From: Octopus vulgaris
Lineage: Eukaryota
Direction of reading: 5' to 3'
Assembly: GCA_951406725.2 (NCBI GenBank)
Contig: OX597816.1
Location: forward strand, 118,482,001 to 118,546,000
Length of the DNA stretch: 64,000 nucleotides
Part shown: one piece after another, positions 1-13,420 of the stretch
Position numbering within the stretch: the stretch's first letter is position 1
Layout: each line of letters begins with the position of its first letter
Notes under the pieces: generated by a model
Database searches by the model: none
Told to the model about the DNA's origin: nothing
The model's input: the letters and a program-made list of their open reading frames with translations, nothing else
Program-made: the position numbers and the translations under genes

Positions 1-81
1 TAAATTTCATATGTGAAAGATCCACAGAAGCAATATGTACTATGAGTATACTGAAAACAAGATTCTCTTAAAGGTTCACCA

Positions 82-140
82 GAAGCAGCTGATAGCTTCT
101 GTTACCTTGGAGACAAAATCAGCAGGGGTGGCAGTATGTG
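82..140 (+). mobile_element. Tiny RTE-clade LINE reverse transcriptase remnant
   Basis: Translates as EAADSFCYLGDKISRGGS, matching the RTE 'EVVDSFCYLGD..S.GGG' motif. Confidence 0.6.
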
Positions 141-1008
141 TCAGTAAACCAAACTTATGTTTTTTTTACTTTAAGTTAAATTATTGACATAAGTGCTTCC
201 ATAAGATCCAGGAAGCATAGAAACCAAGAAACATAAGTATTCACTCATGTGCATGCTTTTGTGTTTGTACACACTGCCTGTATGTACTTAAACCAATGTG
301 TATGCCATAACGTGTATGCATATACTTGTTTGTATATGCTTGCCTGCTTACATGATGTACATTATTGTATGTGTGTGTGTATTGCACTTGTTTATGAGCC
401 TATTTATTAATGTGTGCACATGCATGTGCATAAGCAGCTAGCCTTATCTGAGATAAGAGAAGAACCATAACAACAGCTCAGACTGTTCAAGTACTTACTC
501 TTTCATTGGCATGAGGTTAAGCAGAGGTTCCTGTCTCAATAAATAGTTAGTTATACATAACATATATATATATATATATATATGTATTCATGTGTGCATG
601 TATACAAAATGAGAATGGGGGAGAGAGAAAGAGAGAGTGGGAGGGGTTATGTGAGACAAAGGTTTTCTCATGTACACATTTATTAACATTTGTAAACATA
701 AGTAAACATATGATATGAGGGTGCCTAAACATGGTTACTGGCCAACTTGAAATAACAGCTAAGTTTCTCAGAAATCTAACTATTCCATCTTGAAAAAAAA
801 GGTCAAGGAGAAGATGCATGAAATAATGCAATCCTATGTACACTCTTATTGTTTGTTTCAACCTTCATAATATAACTAGATGTATGCACACACAATCAAG
901 GTTCGCCTGGGGCTAAAGGACAACAAACCTGAAAATACATATATACATGCACATAGATAATACTGTACAGTTATATGTGCACACAATACATTCAAATGTG
1001 GAGAAGTA

Positions 1009-1814
1009 GGATCTTTTCCTTTTGAACGGCACATGTCAACACAATTTCTAGTTAACTAAACACTTTTAAACTTCGTATATTGGTAGAATGTGTTTATAAA
1101 ACATCATTTTTCTTGGCTTTGTTGAGAAAATTCTATAGTTTGTAAGATATTTTATCTGAAATTTCGAGCATTTCGGCAATTTTAACTAATCACTGACCTC
1201 CATTTGGGGTGAAAACATTCTGTGCTGTATGAATATGTCCCTCGTTTAAGAAACAGATTGGGTTTATTTACATTTGCGAAGAAAAAAAGATATCCTTCCC
1301 CCCACCCCTAACCCTAACTCTAACCCTAAATCTAAAATAGATTGAAATGCAATAGATCAATACTAGGGTTATAATTATGGGTGACATTTTCATACAACAC
1401 CGCTACAGAAAATGGGATTTTTTTCTAGCGGTGTCATATGAAAATGTCACCCATAATTATAACCCTAGTATCGATCTATTGCATTTCAATCTATTTTAGA
1501 TTTAGGGTTAGAGTTAGGTGGGGGAAAGGGTATCTTTTTTTCTTCGCAAATGTAAATAAACCCAATCTGTTTCTTAAACGAGGGACATATTCATACAGCA
1601 CAGAATGTTTTCACCCCAAATGGAGGTCAGCGATTAGTTAAAATTGCCGAAATGCTCGAAATTTCAGACGAAATATCTTACAAACTATAGAATTTTCTCA
1701 ATAAAGCCAAGAAAAATTATGTTTTATAAACACATTCTACCAGTATACGAAGTTTAAAAGTGTTTTGTTAACTAGAAATTGTGTTGACATGTGCCGTTCA
1801 AAAGGAAAAGATCT
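1009..1814. mobile_element. Foldback (fully palindromic) non-autonomous DNA transposon, Merlin-like
   Basis: Two ~400-bp arms are near-exact reverse complements centred near 1412-1416. Termini are GGATCTTTTCCTTTTGAACGGCAC / GTGCCGTTCAAAAGGAAAAGATCT. 8-bp TSD GAGAAGTA at 1001-1008 and 1815-1822. GG termini with an 8-9 bp TSD are Merlin features. Confidence 0.85.
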
Positions 1815-1882
1815 GAGAAGTATATGTGAAAATGGATACATGCACTAACACCTATACATATACAGAAAATCAGTCTTAACTT

Positions 1883-2390
1883 TTAACACTTTTGATACTA
1901 AACCACCCAAGATGGCCCATTTTTATGATATAAATTTTCTATATGAAGTGATCTAAGTCGATTTCTTCAACTAAAACTCAAGGTGGTGCCCCAGAATGGC
2001 CACAGTCAGACAACTGAAACAAGTAAATGATAAACGATTAATAATGACCAAGATAGTTTACCAAATTCTTTATTATTTTCGAATTTAATTGAAATAAATG
2101 CAATTGAAACAGAAATATGGTAACAAAAAGGGTTAAGCAGTTTGACATTTCCCACAAAACTTCAATTAACTCTTTTGACACTAACCTGCCTGAGACTGCC
2201 GGAGGGGTTTCATGATGCATATTTCCTGTTTTAAAATGATCCTAATCGAGACCTTGAATCAAAATTTCATGCTCATTTATATTCCAAACACCCAAAATGA
2301 CAATTATTTCACTAAAATTTCCATTATTTCCAAAATAAATTCAAATGAAGGAAGTGTATTTCAGTTGGAAATGCAGTAAGGAACTGGTTA
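1883..2390 (+). mobile_element. Two adjacent TTAA piggyBac-like MITEs (family B), the first interrupted by a SINE 3' fragment
   Basis: TTAA-CACTTTTGATAC...GTAACAAAAAGGG-TTAA (1883-2136) and a second decayed copy at 2166-2390. SINE tail (aggtggtgccccag...gaaacaagt) at ~1955-2035. Confidence 0.7.
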
Positions 2391-3325
2391 TACAATCAGT
2401 CACAGCCAAGCTAATCAGTACTGAAATATTTATTCTTTCAGCTGGTGTCTGTCAACAAAATATAAAATGGAAGAACAGTAACCAAGCAACTATGGAATGA
2501 AAACCTAAAACTTAAATTCTACTATGTTTTCACTTAGCAGAAAGTAAAATCTGAATATGAGAATAGTATTTTTGTGTACACACACACACACTGTAGAAAA
2601 GTTTTAACTTATTGACCACCAATATTAACATCAAAGGGCCCAGAAGTATACATCAAACAAAAGTATACATGTTCAAATCAAAATTCAAGGAAAAGGAAAT
2701 ATGTTTTAGCTATTTTCTTTAAAGAAAATTTCACCAAATTTCTGAATACGATAAACTTTTGTTGCTCATCAGTTGTTAGACTTCTCTAAGAACAATTCAT
2801 ATTAAGATTTTTATATTCATAATTTTTGTAAAATATTAATGAAAAATTTATCTTCTTTCTGGAAATAAGCCTGGTAGTCTACAAAATCAATCAGCAGGTA
2901 CTGCCATCTAATTCATTTTAGATTTAATAAAAACTTAGCAATTTCTTAGTTTGACACAAAAATATTTATGGCAAGTATCTTGATAGTAGCCTGCTCTAAA
3001 TGGAATTAAACACACACACACACTATATATATATATATATATATATAAATAATGTACTGCTCCGTGATGGTAAGATCAATAAAAAAAGTACTCCATCTGG
3101 TGAGAGATAAATATTATTTAATAGGCGCAATACATATTTTTTATGTGCTACTAATAGTTTTTCTTGTGCTGAAAAGATACCAAACAAAATTTTATAACAC
3201 ATCTGACATCACGGTACAGTCATCGGGTACAGCCCACATGGCATAACGAAGTTGTTATGTCCTACAAGAAAGTATCAGTTGCATGTATTGTGTCTATTAA
3301 ACAATATATATGTGTATATATATAT

Positions 3326-3640
3326 ATCATCATCGTTTAACGTCTGCCTTCCATACTGGCGTGGGAGGGACAGTTTGACATGAGTCAGCCAGGCAAAACT
3401 TGCACCAGACTTCTGTAACTGTTTTGGCAGAATTTTTACAGCTGGATGCCCTTCCTAATACCAACCACTCAGCAGAATGGACTTAATTCTTTTTATGTGG
3501 CACAAGTACAGGCAAGGTCAGATTTGGCAAGATTTTTACTGCTGGATGCCCTTCCAAATGCCAACCACTTTACAGTGTGGATTTGGGTGCTTTTAAATGG
3601 CACTTGCACTGACAGGGTAACCAAGTACTTGCAAAAACAA
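3326..3640 (-). mobile_element. RTE-tailed repeat with (GAT)n tail and internal duplication
   Basis: Reverse complement of the ggaagggcatccagc...ccagcatggaa..gacgttaaacgatgatg tail seen in many copies. The segment 'tttggca..ttttta..gctggatgcccttcc' occurs twice. Confidence 0.75.
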
Positions 3641-4499
3641 AAAAAAAAACTCTTTTGAGAAGGGAGGGGGCATTGGAGATGATCTTGTGTTGGATGATGA
3701 AAGGTTATAGTGACAGAGAAACAGAAATAGGTTTCTTGCTGTAGGGGAGGTACAAGGTTACCTGGCTGGAGAGGGAGGGAGGGAGGGAGAGAGAGAGATC
3801 AGAAATGAAGACAGAAAAAGGTGTGCTGCCACAAAGGAAATACATGGTTACCCAACCTGAGGGAAGTGCAGGAGGAGAGAGAGAGAGTGGGAGACAGCAG
3901 TATAGAGATAGTGGCAAAGTGTGAGACATACTCACAAGGAATGAGGATCAGAATATAAATGGGATGCTTGAGTAAAGAAAGAGAGAGATGGTGGCAAGTG
4001 CCAGGGCATTGAGGTTTGAACGCCATAATATAAATGGCAGGATATTACAAAGGAAGCGTGATTAAAGAATGCAGAGGGAGGGAGAGTGAGTGGCGAAAAC
4101 CTGGGTATATATAGTCAGCAGGGTACTACCGGATAGCAATGACAGAGGAACAGAGCTATGAGGACAGGATTGAGGAGTGAGAGTTAGGCATAGTGTATGA
4201 AGAAGGAAATGTGAGGAAGAGATGTAGATTGATTTGTTGGGGTAGGGTGCGTGAAAAGTTTTCTTGTTACATGTGGGTGGAACACACAGGTCGGAGGGGC
4301 GGCTACCAGAGAGTAATGATACAATGGTACAGGGTCAAGAGGACAGGACTGGACTGGGAGGTAAGCATAATGCATGGAGTGGAAATGTGAGGAAGAGAAG
4401 AGATGCAAAGATGTAGTCTGGCTTGTTGTGGTAGAGTGTGTGAGAAGCTTTATTGTTGAGTGTGGGTGGAACACACAATGCTTCTAGAAATCAGTTTCA

Positions 4500-4970
4500 C
4501 TGATGTGGGTGGGTTTTCTCAAGAACTTCATATCACCAGACATCCCGGCCCATCGTTATTTCCTCCGTGGCCCAACATCATGAGATCAGTCCTTACAACT
4601 TTATCCCACATCTACCTGCGTCTCCCTCTTCCACGGGTACCATTCACTTTCTGTGATTGGCACTTCTTTATGCAACTGTCCTCATTCATACACATCACAT
4701 GACCAAACCAACATAGTATTCTCTCCTACATTTGATTCCTCTTATGCCCAACTTTTCTCTCACTTCGTCATACATTTGCACTGACGCTGCACATCCAACA
4801 GAGCATACAACCTTCATTTCTACCCAGTCTACGCAGGTCTTCTGCATTCAGAGCCCATGTCTCACTACCATGGAATATAGTCGATTGCACACAAGCATCA
4901 TATAGTCTACCTTTCACTCTGAGAGAGACTCCTTCTGTTACCAACAGAGGTAATGGCTCTCTGAACTTCA
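4500..4970 (-). mobile_element. RTE LINE ORF2 3' fragment (decayed)
   Basis: ORF 4768-4971 KFREPLPLLVTEGVSLRVKGRLYDACVQSTIFHGSETWALNAEDLRRL, continuing after frameshifts into LCWFGHVM and GTRGRGR motifs typical of the RTE C-terminus. Confidence 0.88.
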
Positions 4971-5327
4971 CACAAGTGTGTGTGTGTATGTGTGTGTGTG
5001 TGTGTGCGTGTGCGCACGCGTGCGTGCATGTGTGTGCTTTTCATATATAATCTGAGAAGTGTTGAAAAAAGTGCAAAACATTTAATAAGTGTTGTCTGCA
5101 AGAAATGTTAGGGAAGTATTTACTAAAAACAAGACACATTGTGTAACATAGTCCAAGATACACTACTCCTGATCAAACAATGACCATAACCAACCCTGTA
5201 CGCTACCTTCTTTTTACTTTTCTATATTGCAGCCTTCAATATTTCTTAGGACAATCCATACCCTCTTCAATTCCAGTATATGGACAAACCTAAATGCCAT
5301 TACTCTAACTAAAGATGTATTATTTAT

Positions 5328-5480
5328 ATCTTTTACTTGTTTCAGTCATTAGATTGTGGTCATGCTGAATTTTAGTTAGAATGAATCAACCCTAGTACTG
5401 ATTTCTTTTTTCAAGCCTGGTTCTTATTCTATCAGTTTCTTTTTGCCAAACCACTAAGTTACAGAGACATAAACATGCCC
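5328..5480 (-). mobile_element. tRNA-derived SINE (family 1) 3' part
   Basis: Reverse complement of gatagaataag..ccaggctt...cagcatgaccacaatctaatgactgaaacaagtaaaagat. Confidence 0.7.
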
Positions 5481-6760
5481 ATATATATATATATATAATT
5501 TATTAAACTTTACATCTGCTACTCCAAAAGATATGCAGTTACTGCAAAACTTATACAATAAGCCACATATGTATTACTATTTTTTGGAACAATATTATGT
5601 ATGTGTAATGAGTGTCTTTAAAAAGTATGTTAATTACATAGAACATTTTAAAACCTGTACAATACAAAATCCACACTTATTCTTAACCCTTCACTTCCAT
5701 CAATTCCCATGTGAATTATTTCAGCAGGCACAACAATGTTTTTGTCGGTTATTAGCTGAAACAAAAATAATTGGAAACAAAAGTTCCTTTTTAATTTAGT
5801 ATTAGCCATCTTGCAACTAGTGTCATATATTTAGGTTAGAATCAAATACAATAGAGAAAAGTCAGGCTTTCTTTATTTTGTTTAAATCCTCACCTACTTT
5901 TTTAAATCCTTACCTACTTTCTTTTTTTTTAATTTTTTTTTTTTTTTTTAAGCATGAGAGCATAATACTGAAATCATAAGAAAAAACTTTCACCTTTCTG
6001 ACAAAGAAGCACTTTTTTTTTTTTAAACTCAGGATTGTGTCACCAAAACGCTAACCTTCTGCATTCAATTAACCAAAAACAAAACCTAACTTCAATCTGG
6101 GAATTATATTTCAATGCTCTAATTTGTAAAATGAAGCAAATATGGTGACTAATAACCATGGATAATGCATGATCTTGGTGTTCTGAAATTCAACACAGTT
6201 GACTAAGCTGTGCTGGCATTTGATAGAGGATTTTTTGCTGTTTTTCCTCACCCCACCCCACCCCCTTTCTAAATACCATCTTAGTCCCTTGGAAGTAATG
6301 TCAGCATACTTTAAATTTTGTGTAATAAAATTTAACTTTTTTCTTTATTTCATCATCATTACTGTTATTATTATTATCATTTAATATTCAACAATTCCCA
6401 ACATTAAAAATTATCAAAAAATGTCATCTAGAAAATCAAATAACTAACTTGTATTATAATTACAAGTTGTAAAGATAGTCTCAAATTTTAGATTGCAAAT
6501 TTGAAAACTATAAAAGTGATGTTGAACTTATTTTATTAAATCAATGTTGAAATATGAAAGAAATCATATTGTTTAACAAGTAATTTTTAGAAACCACCTG
6601 GTTTAAATTGATAGTAGAAACAAGACAATTTGAAAAGACCAATCACTGTTGCAAAAACAAAGAATTGACACTAATACTAACTTGACAACTATGTAGGTAC
6701 AAGCTACCAACTTAGGCTGTGAATACATTGCTTGATTGCTGCTCCAAGAATTTGTCTAAG

Positions 6761-6968
6761 TTAACACTTTAGCATTTAAACCAACCAAATCTGAACCAAA
6801 TAATCTACCTATGTTTTTGATCTAATCTGGTCTCTCACACACATCCTACTATGTCATTCTAAAAACAATCATATCCTCAAAGCTTTGAAGCTATAAGATA
6901 ATGCATGATTAATTCATAACAATGTAAATAATTAAGGATTATATTTGATAGTGTACTTCAAATGTTAA
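6761..6968 (+). mobile_element. TTAA piggyBac-like MITE (family A), decayed
   Basis: ttaacactttagcatttaaacc...gaagctataagataatgcatgattaattc matches the other family A copies. Confidence 0.7.
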
Positions 6969-6996
6969 TATATTGTTTATGATATTTGTGTGGGTG

Positions 6997-7680
6997 TTAT
7001 TCGAAGGCCCTGGCGATAGTGTCATTTGTGGTGGATGCATTCAAAAGGGGTTTATATTTTGTGATAAAGAATGACTCTTTATTAATGCGCTGAATACAGG
7101 TTGTATCGTTCCTGAATTGATAGAGGGGAAAAATTCTGAAGCTGGGTTGTTTGCTATTGGCACAAATGTTGATGTGTTCGCTGAATGCTATTTTTCTGTA
7201 TTCCCAAATTTTGATCTGAGATCTATGTAGAGCCATCCTTTAACGTAGACTGTTTTTGGTTTAGCCTATGTGTTAGCACCTAGAGTAGGTTAATACATAT
7301 TTCAGGTTCTCCAAAACACATGTGAAGTTGCTTTTCACTGTGAAACATTGACCCAGTTTGAAAGAGAACTCTGTTCCCTCAATTAGGTTGATGCATATAC
7401 ACAGTTAGGTCTTCCACATTGTTTTACTGACAGCTTCAGTGTTGTTGAGCATATTTGGGCTAGTGTTAGGAGACTTTTCATAGATTTGAGCTGTCTTTTG
7501 CTGTTTATGATGGTGTGCATTTGAAAGATTGGATTCATTCTCTGGTCCCTCTTTAGTAGGGGAATATTTTGGAGGGTGGTGTCAAAGGCATCATGGTTAA
7601 GAGAGTTTGTGGAGATGTATGGTAGGGCTTTTGGTTTTAAATCCTGCTTTAAATTGGGATGTCTGAGTTCGTGGATGTTG
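6997..7680 (-). mobile_element. Penelope-like element GIY-YIG endonuclease fragment (pseudogenised)
   Basis: Minus-strand translation CGRPNC/ICINLIEG...KSNFTCVLENLKYVLTYSRC*HIG*TKNSLR*RMALHRSQI...SEHINIC...RINKESFFITKYKPLLN has the PLE GIY-YIG layout (NxxY..YIG.T..LR.R..HR...E..I....P.LN). Confidence 0.85.
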
Positions 7681-7748
7681 AGTTACACATATACACACAC
7701 ACAAACATATATATTAATATATCAATATAAATATACACAGACACATAT

Positions 7749-7788
<40 letters not shown>

Positions 7789-8131
7789 TGTTTGACAGAA
7801 CATGATAGTTGTAAACAAGTGGCACTGTAATACAAACAATGTCCTTCATTCCTAACATCTAGTAAAAACACATCTGGTCATGGGGAAACATTACCTTAAC
7901 AGGAAACAGGTGATGACCCAACAGGAAGAGCAACAGGCCTGAGAAAATCCACCTCAACAAATTCCATCTGATCCACACAGGCATACGGAAAGTGACAAAA
8001 AAAACAATGATGATGATGACGATGATGATGAGTAATTCTGATCTTTAAGAGCAGGCAAGGTAATAACTATGGACATATTTCAGTTTTACTGGACCTTATC
8101 AGAGGTCAGCAGAGTTAGTTGTAATTTTCCC

Positions 8132-8361
8132 TTTACCCTATAGCATTTAAACCACTCATATCTGGTCCAAATATTTCACCGGTTTTTGTGTTCAAACTGG
8201 CCAGATCTGACCTCTTACACCTATTCTACAATGTTGTTCTAAAAATAAACATTCACATTGTCAAAATTTTGCAGCCACAAGATAATGCATGACTAATCTT
8301 TAAAAATGTGAATGAATAACCCTTACTTCTTGACAGAGTAATCTGAATTTTAAAGGGTTAA
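8132..8361 (+). mobile_element. TTAA piggyBac-like MITE (family A)
   Basis: ccctatagcatttaaacc...gacagagtaatctgaattttaaagggttaa. Confidence 0.75.
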
Positions 8362-8431
8362 GCATATAAAATTATGTGAAATGAATTAACTTGCATAATA
8401 AAACACAATCAAGAGGATAATATTTAATTTA

Positions 8432-8640
8432 AGCATGACTGGCGTCCGTGCCGGTGGCACGTAAAAAGCACCCACTACACACACAGAGTGGTTGGTGTTA
8501 GGAAGGGCATCCAGCTGTAGAAACACCGCCAGATCAGACTGGAGCCTGGTGCAGCCTCCTGGTTTCCCAGACCTCAGTCGAACTGTCCAACCCATGCTAG
8601 CATGGAAAAACGGACGTTAAACGATGATGATGATGATGAT
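8432..8640 (+). mobile_element. RTE-tailed SINE (family 3), young copy
   Basis: tggcacgtaaaaagcacccactacac...ggaagggcatccagctgtagaaac...ccaacccatgctagcatggaaaaacggacgttaaac(gat)n, with CpGs retained. Confidence 0.85.
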
Positions 8641-10739
8641 GAATACATACGTATTACATCTGTAATACATAAATACATATATAATACAAAAACACCTTAC
8701 AGACTGTAATAGTCAATGATATAGAACTAGAATTTAAAAGTTTCTGTGCAGCATAGTGGCTGCTTATCCCCGTTTTAACTTATTTTATTTCTTTGTTAAC
8801 TATAGTATTAGTTACTATATTTTGATCTGGCATGTAAGATTAACATCAAACATTAAAACGATAGTAAGTCCAAATTCCCTGTTACCAAAATTCCCTGTTA
8901 CCAAAATTCCCAAGGGGCTTCATGGTAAATGAGCTAAACTAACACAGTTATAAAGATAGCAAATCAAAAATCAAGATTCTGTTACATGAAATAAAAGTCA
9001 GTATTTCTTCATATACTTTTCCCTGTTTTCTATCCAACAAATACCTTTGTACATTACTTCACATACTATCTACAGAATGCTTAACAGCAGCTTAAATCAA
9101 GACTGAGTAAATTTAAACCATCTTGAAAAAAAAAGAAAAATTTGCATACAAGTAAAGAGTATATCTTCGTAACAGACTATGGATCCAAAGAAGTAATGAG
9201 ATATGACTTTCAGCAGTAGAAGTAACAGTAGTTGAAAGATATTAAAGAAAGTATTTAATAGAAGAGCTATGTCTAAATGTTGTTATTTAAGGTAATGAAG
9301 GACAAAGCTAATGGAAAACAGCATTGTTCTGAATTTTTTGAATAGAGCATTACTGATGAGGTAACCAGTCTCAATCAACATGGAAGGTAAATGGAATAAA
9401 TGATGCACAGTTCCAGTACAAACAACAAAGTGAGTGTTACATGAATAAACTGTGGATTTATTCCTGCAAGAGACTGACTAGACATTCGTAAGTTGCTATA
9501 AAAGCTCTTTTCATTTAATATTTTTATCTACTTTTATTCAAGTAGATTTGGGGGAAAAAATAACTATAAATTTTTACTATGAAGTTAAAAATCACAGTTG
9601 TGGCACACTGCATTATGGACTTTACAATATACCTTATTGCATTTTGTAGTTCCAAATTTAAATCCTGTCTGGGTTAATTTAAACTCTCTATTTATATGGT
9701 TGCCTAGAAAGCACCATTAATAAATTAGAACCATGTTAATCAAGAGAAAGAAAGCATTAAGGTAACTGAGTGCTGAGCATTTCTTCTGGCACTGTTCCTA
9801 AGGGTTCAAACATCAAAGCAGCCCAAGATTTCCTTAAAACTTGGCAAATTTGCATGCACACACACACACACACTAGCAGGCATGTGACTGTCTGCCTAAG
9901 TGTCTGAAAATACACTTATTGAATAAAAAGGTATATAAACCAAGAGACTCTGCAAAAAAGCTAGTTATAGATTAAATTCAGAGAAATATTCTTGTGATAA
10001 TCCAGTTCCAAAAGATTTTTAGGTTTTATAGAAAGGATTCTATGGCTTTATATAACTATGATAATACAAAATACCAAAATACTTTTTTTTAAATCTACTT
10101 CGAAGAAAACATCTAAAAATAAAGCCATTTTCCCTAGGACTTCATAATTTCATTGTAACAGCTATAAAAATGATCAATTGAACTTAACTGATTTGATTTA
10201 TACCTGTGAACAAGATGGAATTGAAAATAAATAACCTTACACTCTTGCTTAAACTCAGTATTTTAAAACAGAAACAATTTTATGACATCTATTCTCTGCG
10301 AAAATATTAATTTTTGTTTTTCTTCTTTTAACTGAAAATCATTAAAAAAACTTACCAAAAAAAAACTGGAAAAAAAATTATTATATAAAACTAAACATTT
10401 GAAAAAAATGTTTAATAATGGTAATACCTCTAAAATAAAAATACCCTAATAGAGTTGAAATGCAATTACTTTGGCATGAATCATAGCGAGGAAAGAAGTG
10501 AAATCTGCAAGTTGAGAACACAGTCCCAAGATGGCCATCAGACTGAGATCAAATTGAAATATGAAAATGTGACTTGATAAATCAGAGGTTTCTTTTTACA
10601 TTCAAATCAGTGCCAACTTAATGAAATTACATCGATGAAGATTTCATGTCATGTAATATTTTCAGTTATAACATGGTTTCAGTTTGGTATACATATTCCT
10701 CATGCATGTCACCACAAAAAATATATATATATATATATC

Positions 10740-11125
10740 AAAAGGAATTGTCCCTCCTAATGACTGTATGATGCTTGTGTATGGACTGCAATGTTACATG
10801 AAAGTGAAGTGTGGGCACTGAATGCAGAGGACATGTAAAAGTTGGCTGAAAATGAAGCAACCATGATACAGGGATGTGAACTGTTGATGTACATGAATGA
10901 AACACATGATCCAAGAGAAAAAACGAGGTATCAAAGGAACCTGATTTAGTGTGCAAGAGAGAAGACAACATGGATACGGACATGTAATGCATATGAATGG
11001 TGACAGAAGCGATTATTTTTATGGATTTAGAGGTTGAACCAAGAAGTATTATTTGTACTAAGTCTGTTTCTAGGAAATGAATGGACAAATCAATAAAATA
11101 TGGCAAACCAACTGAGAAGTGAGGA
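10740..11125 (+). mobile_element. RTE LINE ORF2 3' fragment (decayed)
   Basis: ctgtatgatgcttgtgtatggactgcaatgttacatgaaagtgaagtgtgggcactgaatgcagaggacatg = LYDACVWTAMLHESEVWALNAEDM; same family as 4500-4970. Confidence 0.8.
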
Positions 11126-13247
11126 CTATATCATGTCATCAACACTGCATTTTAGTTTATGTCACCTTATGAGCATTGCATTCTATCGAGTATCTTCTGG
11201 GACATAACACCTAACTCTCATAGGGGCTCCAGTTCACATAGCTCTAAATAGGAACACTAAGAACAACATGTTCCTATAAGCAGTAAAATAAAAATCTTCA
11301 GTCTGTGTTGTAGATTTCAAATGCTATTTAGTGGGCATCACCAGATAAGCTGTGCCTGTGGTGCTAGCTGCAGACATGGTCATGGTACTAATTGTAGTTA
11401 CAGTAGTGGTAGTGCTAGTTGTCATATGATCAGGGAGGTGATAGTTGCAGCTATAAATGGTGGCAGTTGCAGTGGTAGTAGCAGCTATAGTCAACAGTGG
11501 CAATTACAGCTACTGTTGCAGTGGTAGTTGCTGCTACACTTGCAACAGTTTTTGTAGAGGTGTAGTTATGTTTGTGAGGTATTTCCATATATGATTGTGG
11601 ATGTAGTAGAGAAGGTGGGTATCGTGATGATTGAAGAGATGTCCAGTGTTATCTATCCCAAGTTGGCCACGGTCGAGCACACTAATGATTCCAGGAATGG
11701 CTGTCCCACCTTCTTTTTGAGACTTAGTACACCCAGACCTACATTATCTAATGCACCCCTTTTTAAGATGGTACAGTTACACAACAATAGAAGGTTAAGG
11801 CATTGTTACTTATCATTGTGCATATGTGGATATGTAGTTACTTATCAATGTGCATATGTGGATATTCCAACAGAGGATATTGCAAAGGAGAGGGCTAATC
11901 CATTAAAGATAAATCATCCATTATGCCATGCTACATTCAAAGGTAGAATACAACTGAACAACAGAGCAACAAACAATGTATGCAACAGAGGCAATTATGC
12001 TGTATGGCATATAAATGGACAATAACAGATAGGTTAATTAAGTGCTAAAGGCTGAGTGTGGAGTATACTTATGGCAGAGGCAGATCAAAGGAGATATAGC
12101 AGATCTAATCTAAGAGCACTTGACCTCGAGGATCAGATGACAAAAGATCAAGTAATACGGAAATATCTGACACTGTAGGCTCATCTCACTTATGCCTGCA
12201 CAAATTAGATGAGAAAATAGACACTAAAACAAATGGGAAAGCAGACACTAAAAACAAGGACAACAAATGATAACGACATGGAAGAACAGGATGCTCAAAT
12301 CATGCATTTCTCAAGTAGAGCTGATATGAGACACTAAACAATAGTAACTATCATAAAACATTGTCAGCTGTGGGATACAAGTCCACCCCATCACTCCACC
12401 ACTTTCCAATGAGACTTAGGGTTTACTCACCATATTAATCTGCCTGGTAAGAGAGCTTAAAATTGAAAACATTAAAATAAACTGGAAGAGCATCTAATTA
12501 TGCTATAAATTTAGATTTGCCCAATTGATTTTCTCACTTTTCTTTTTTTCATTTTTAATTTATTTTGCTTTGATTTTTTTTTCTTCTTCCCTTGCTTCGA
12601 TAATTTTAAAATAGCTAAGAAGCAAGATGAAATGTCTAAAGTGAAAGATTAGAGTGAAAAACCTGTCTATCAGTCCATCTATTCTTATCACATATGAAAG
12701 CAGGTATTCTTCTCTTCCTGCATACAACTAATATTGCAAGGCAATATAAGCATATAATGCTGCAACAACATGCATTTCACTGCAGTAATGTCAATCATCT
12801 TACTGCACTATTGATCTGCAAATAGAAGCCCAAAGCATCTGAAATCTGAACTGCATATTATTAAATATAGATTGTAATAAGAGGGGTAGAAATGAAAAGA
12901 GAGAAACGGGAAGCAGTTGGAGTGGGGAATGGAGGTGGGAGGTATTAGATGTGGGTGAAAACTACTTTTGAAATACAGATTATATTAGGGAAGAAAAGAG
13001 AAAACAGGCCCTTAGCCTGGTGCAGCCCACCAGAATTTGTTGAGCTGGCAACAGAGCTGATAAGATAGCTAGATTTTTAAAAAGTGTTAATAGTTTTATG
13101 GAAGAGAGTTGTATTGGTACATGCATATAATGTGAATAGATGACAGCAGTTGGGTGAAAAAATAGTGAGAGGCAGAGGAAGACCAAAAAGGAGAAGAGAA
13201 AAAGTGAGATCAGGTCTGAAAATGTTGAGCTTCACAGACAAGATGCT

Positions 13248-13420
13248 CATCATCATCATCATCATCATCAACAATATTTCATGTCCATTTTCCATGCTGG
13301 CATGGGTTGAATAGCTTGACAGGAACTATCATGACTAGGGGACCGTACCAGGTTCCATGGTCTGTTTTGGCTTGGTTTCTACAGCAGGATGCCCTTCCTA
13401 ACCCCAACCACTTTACAGAG
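13248..13420 (-). mobile_element. RTE-tailed SINE (family 3)
   Basis: (cat)n followed by ttccatgctggcatgggttg...gatgcccttcctaacc. Confidence 0.75.

Noticed and set aside
8871-8911. Short direct repeats (also 16001-16033 and 53806-53849)
   Set aside because: Ordinary slippage duplications of about 16 bp.
9140-9490. Possible very old LINE RT fragment (NCGFIPARD)
   Set aside because: Only one short motif; too decayed to support a call.
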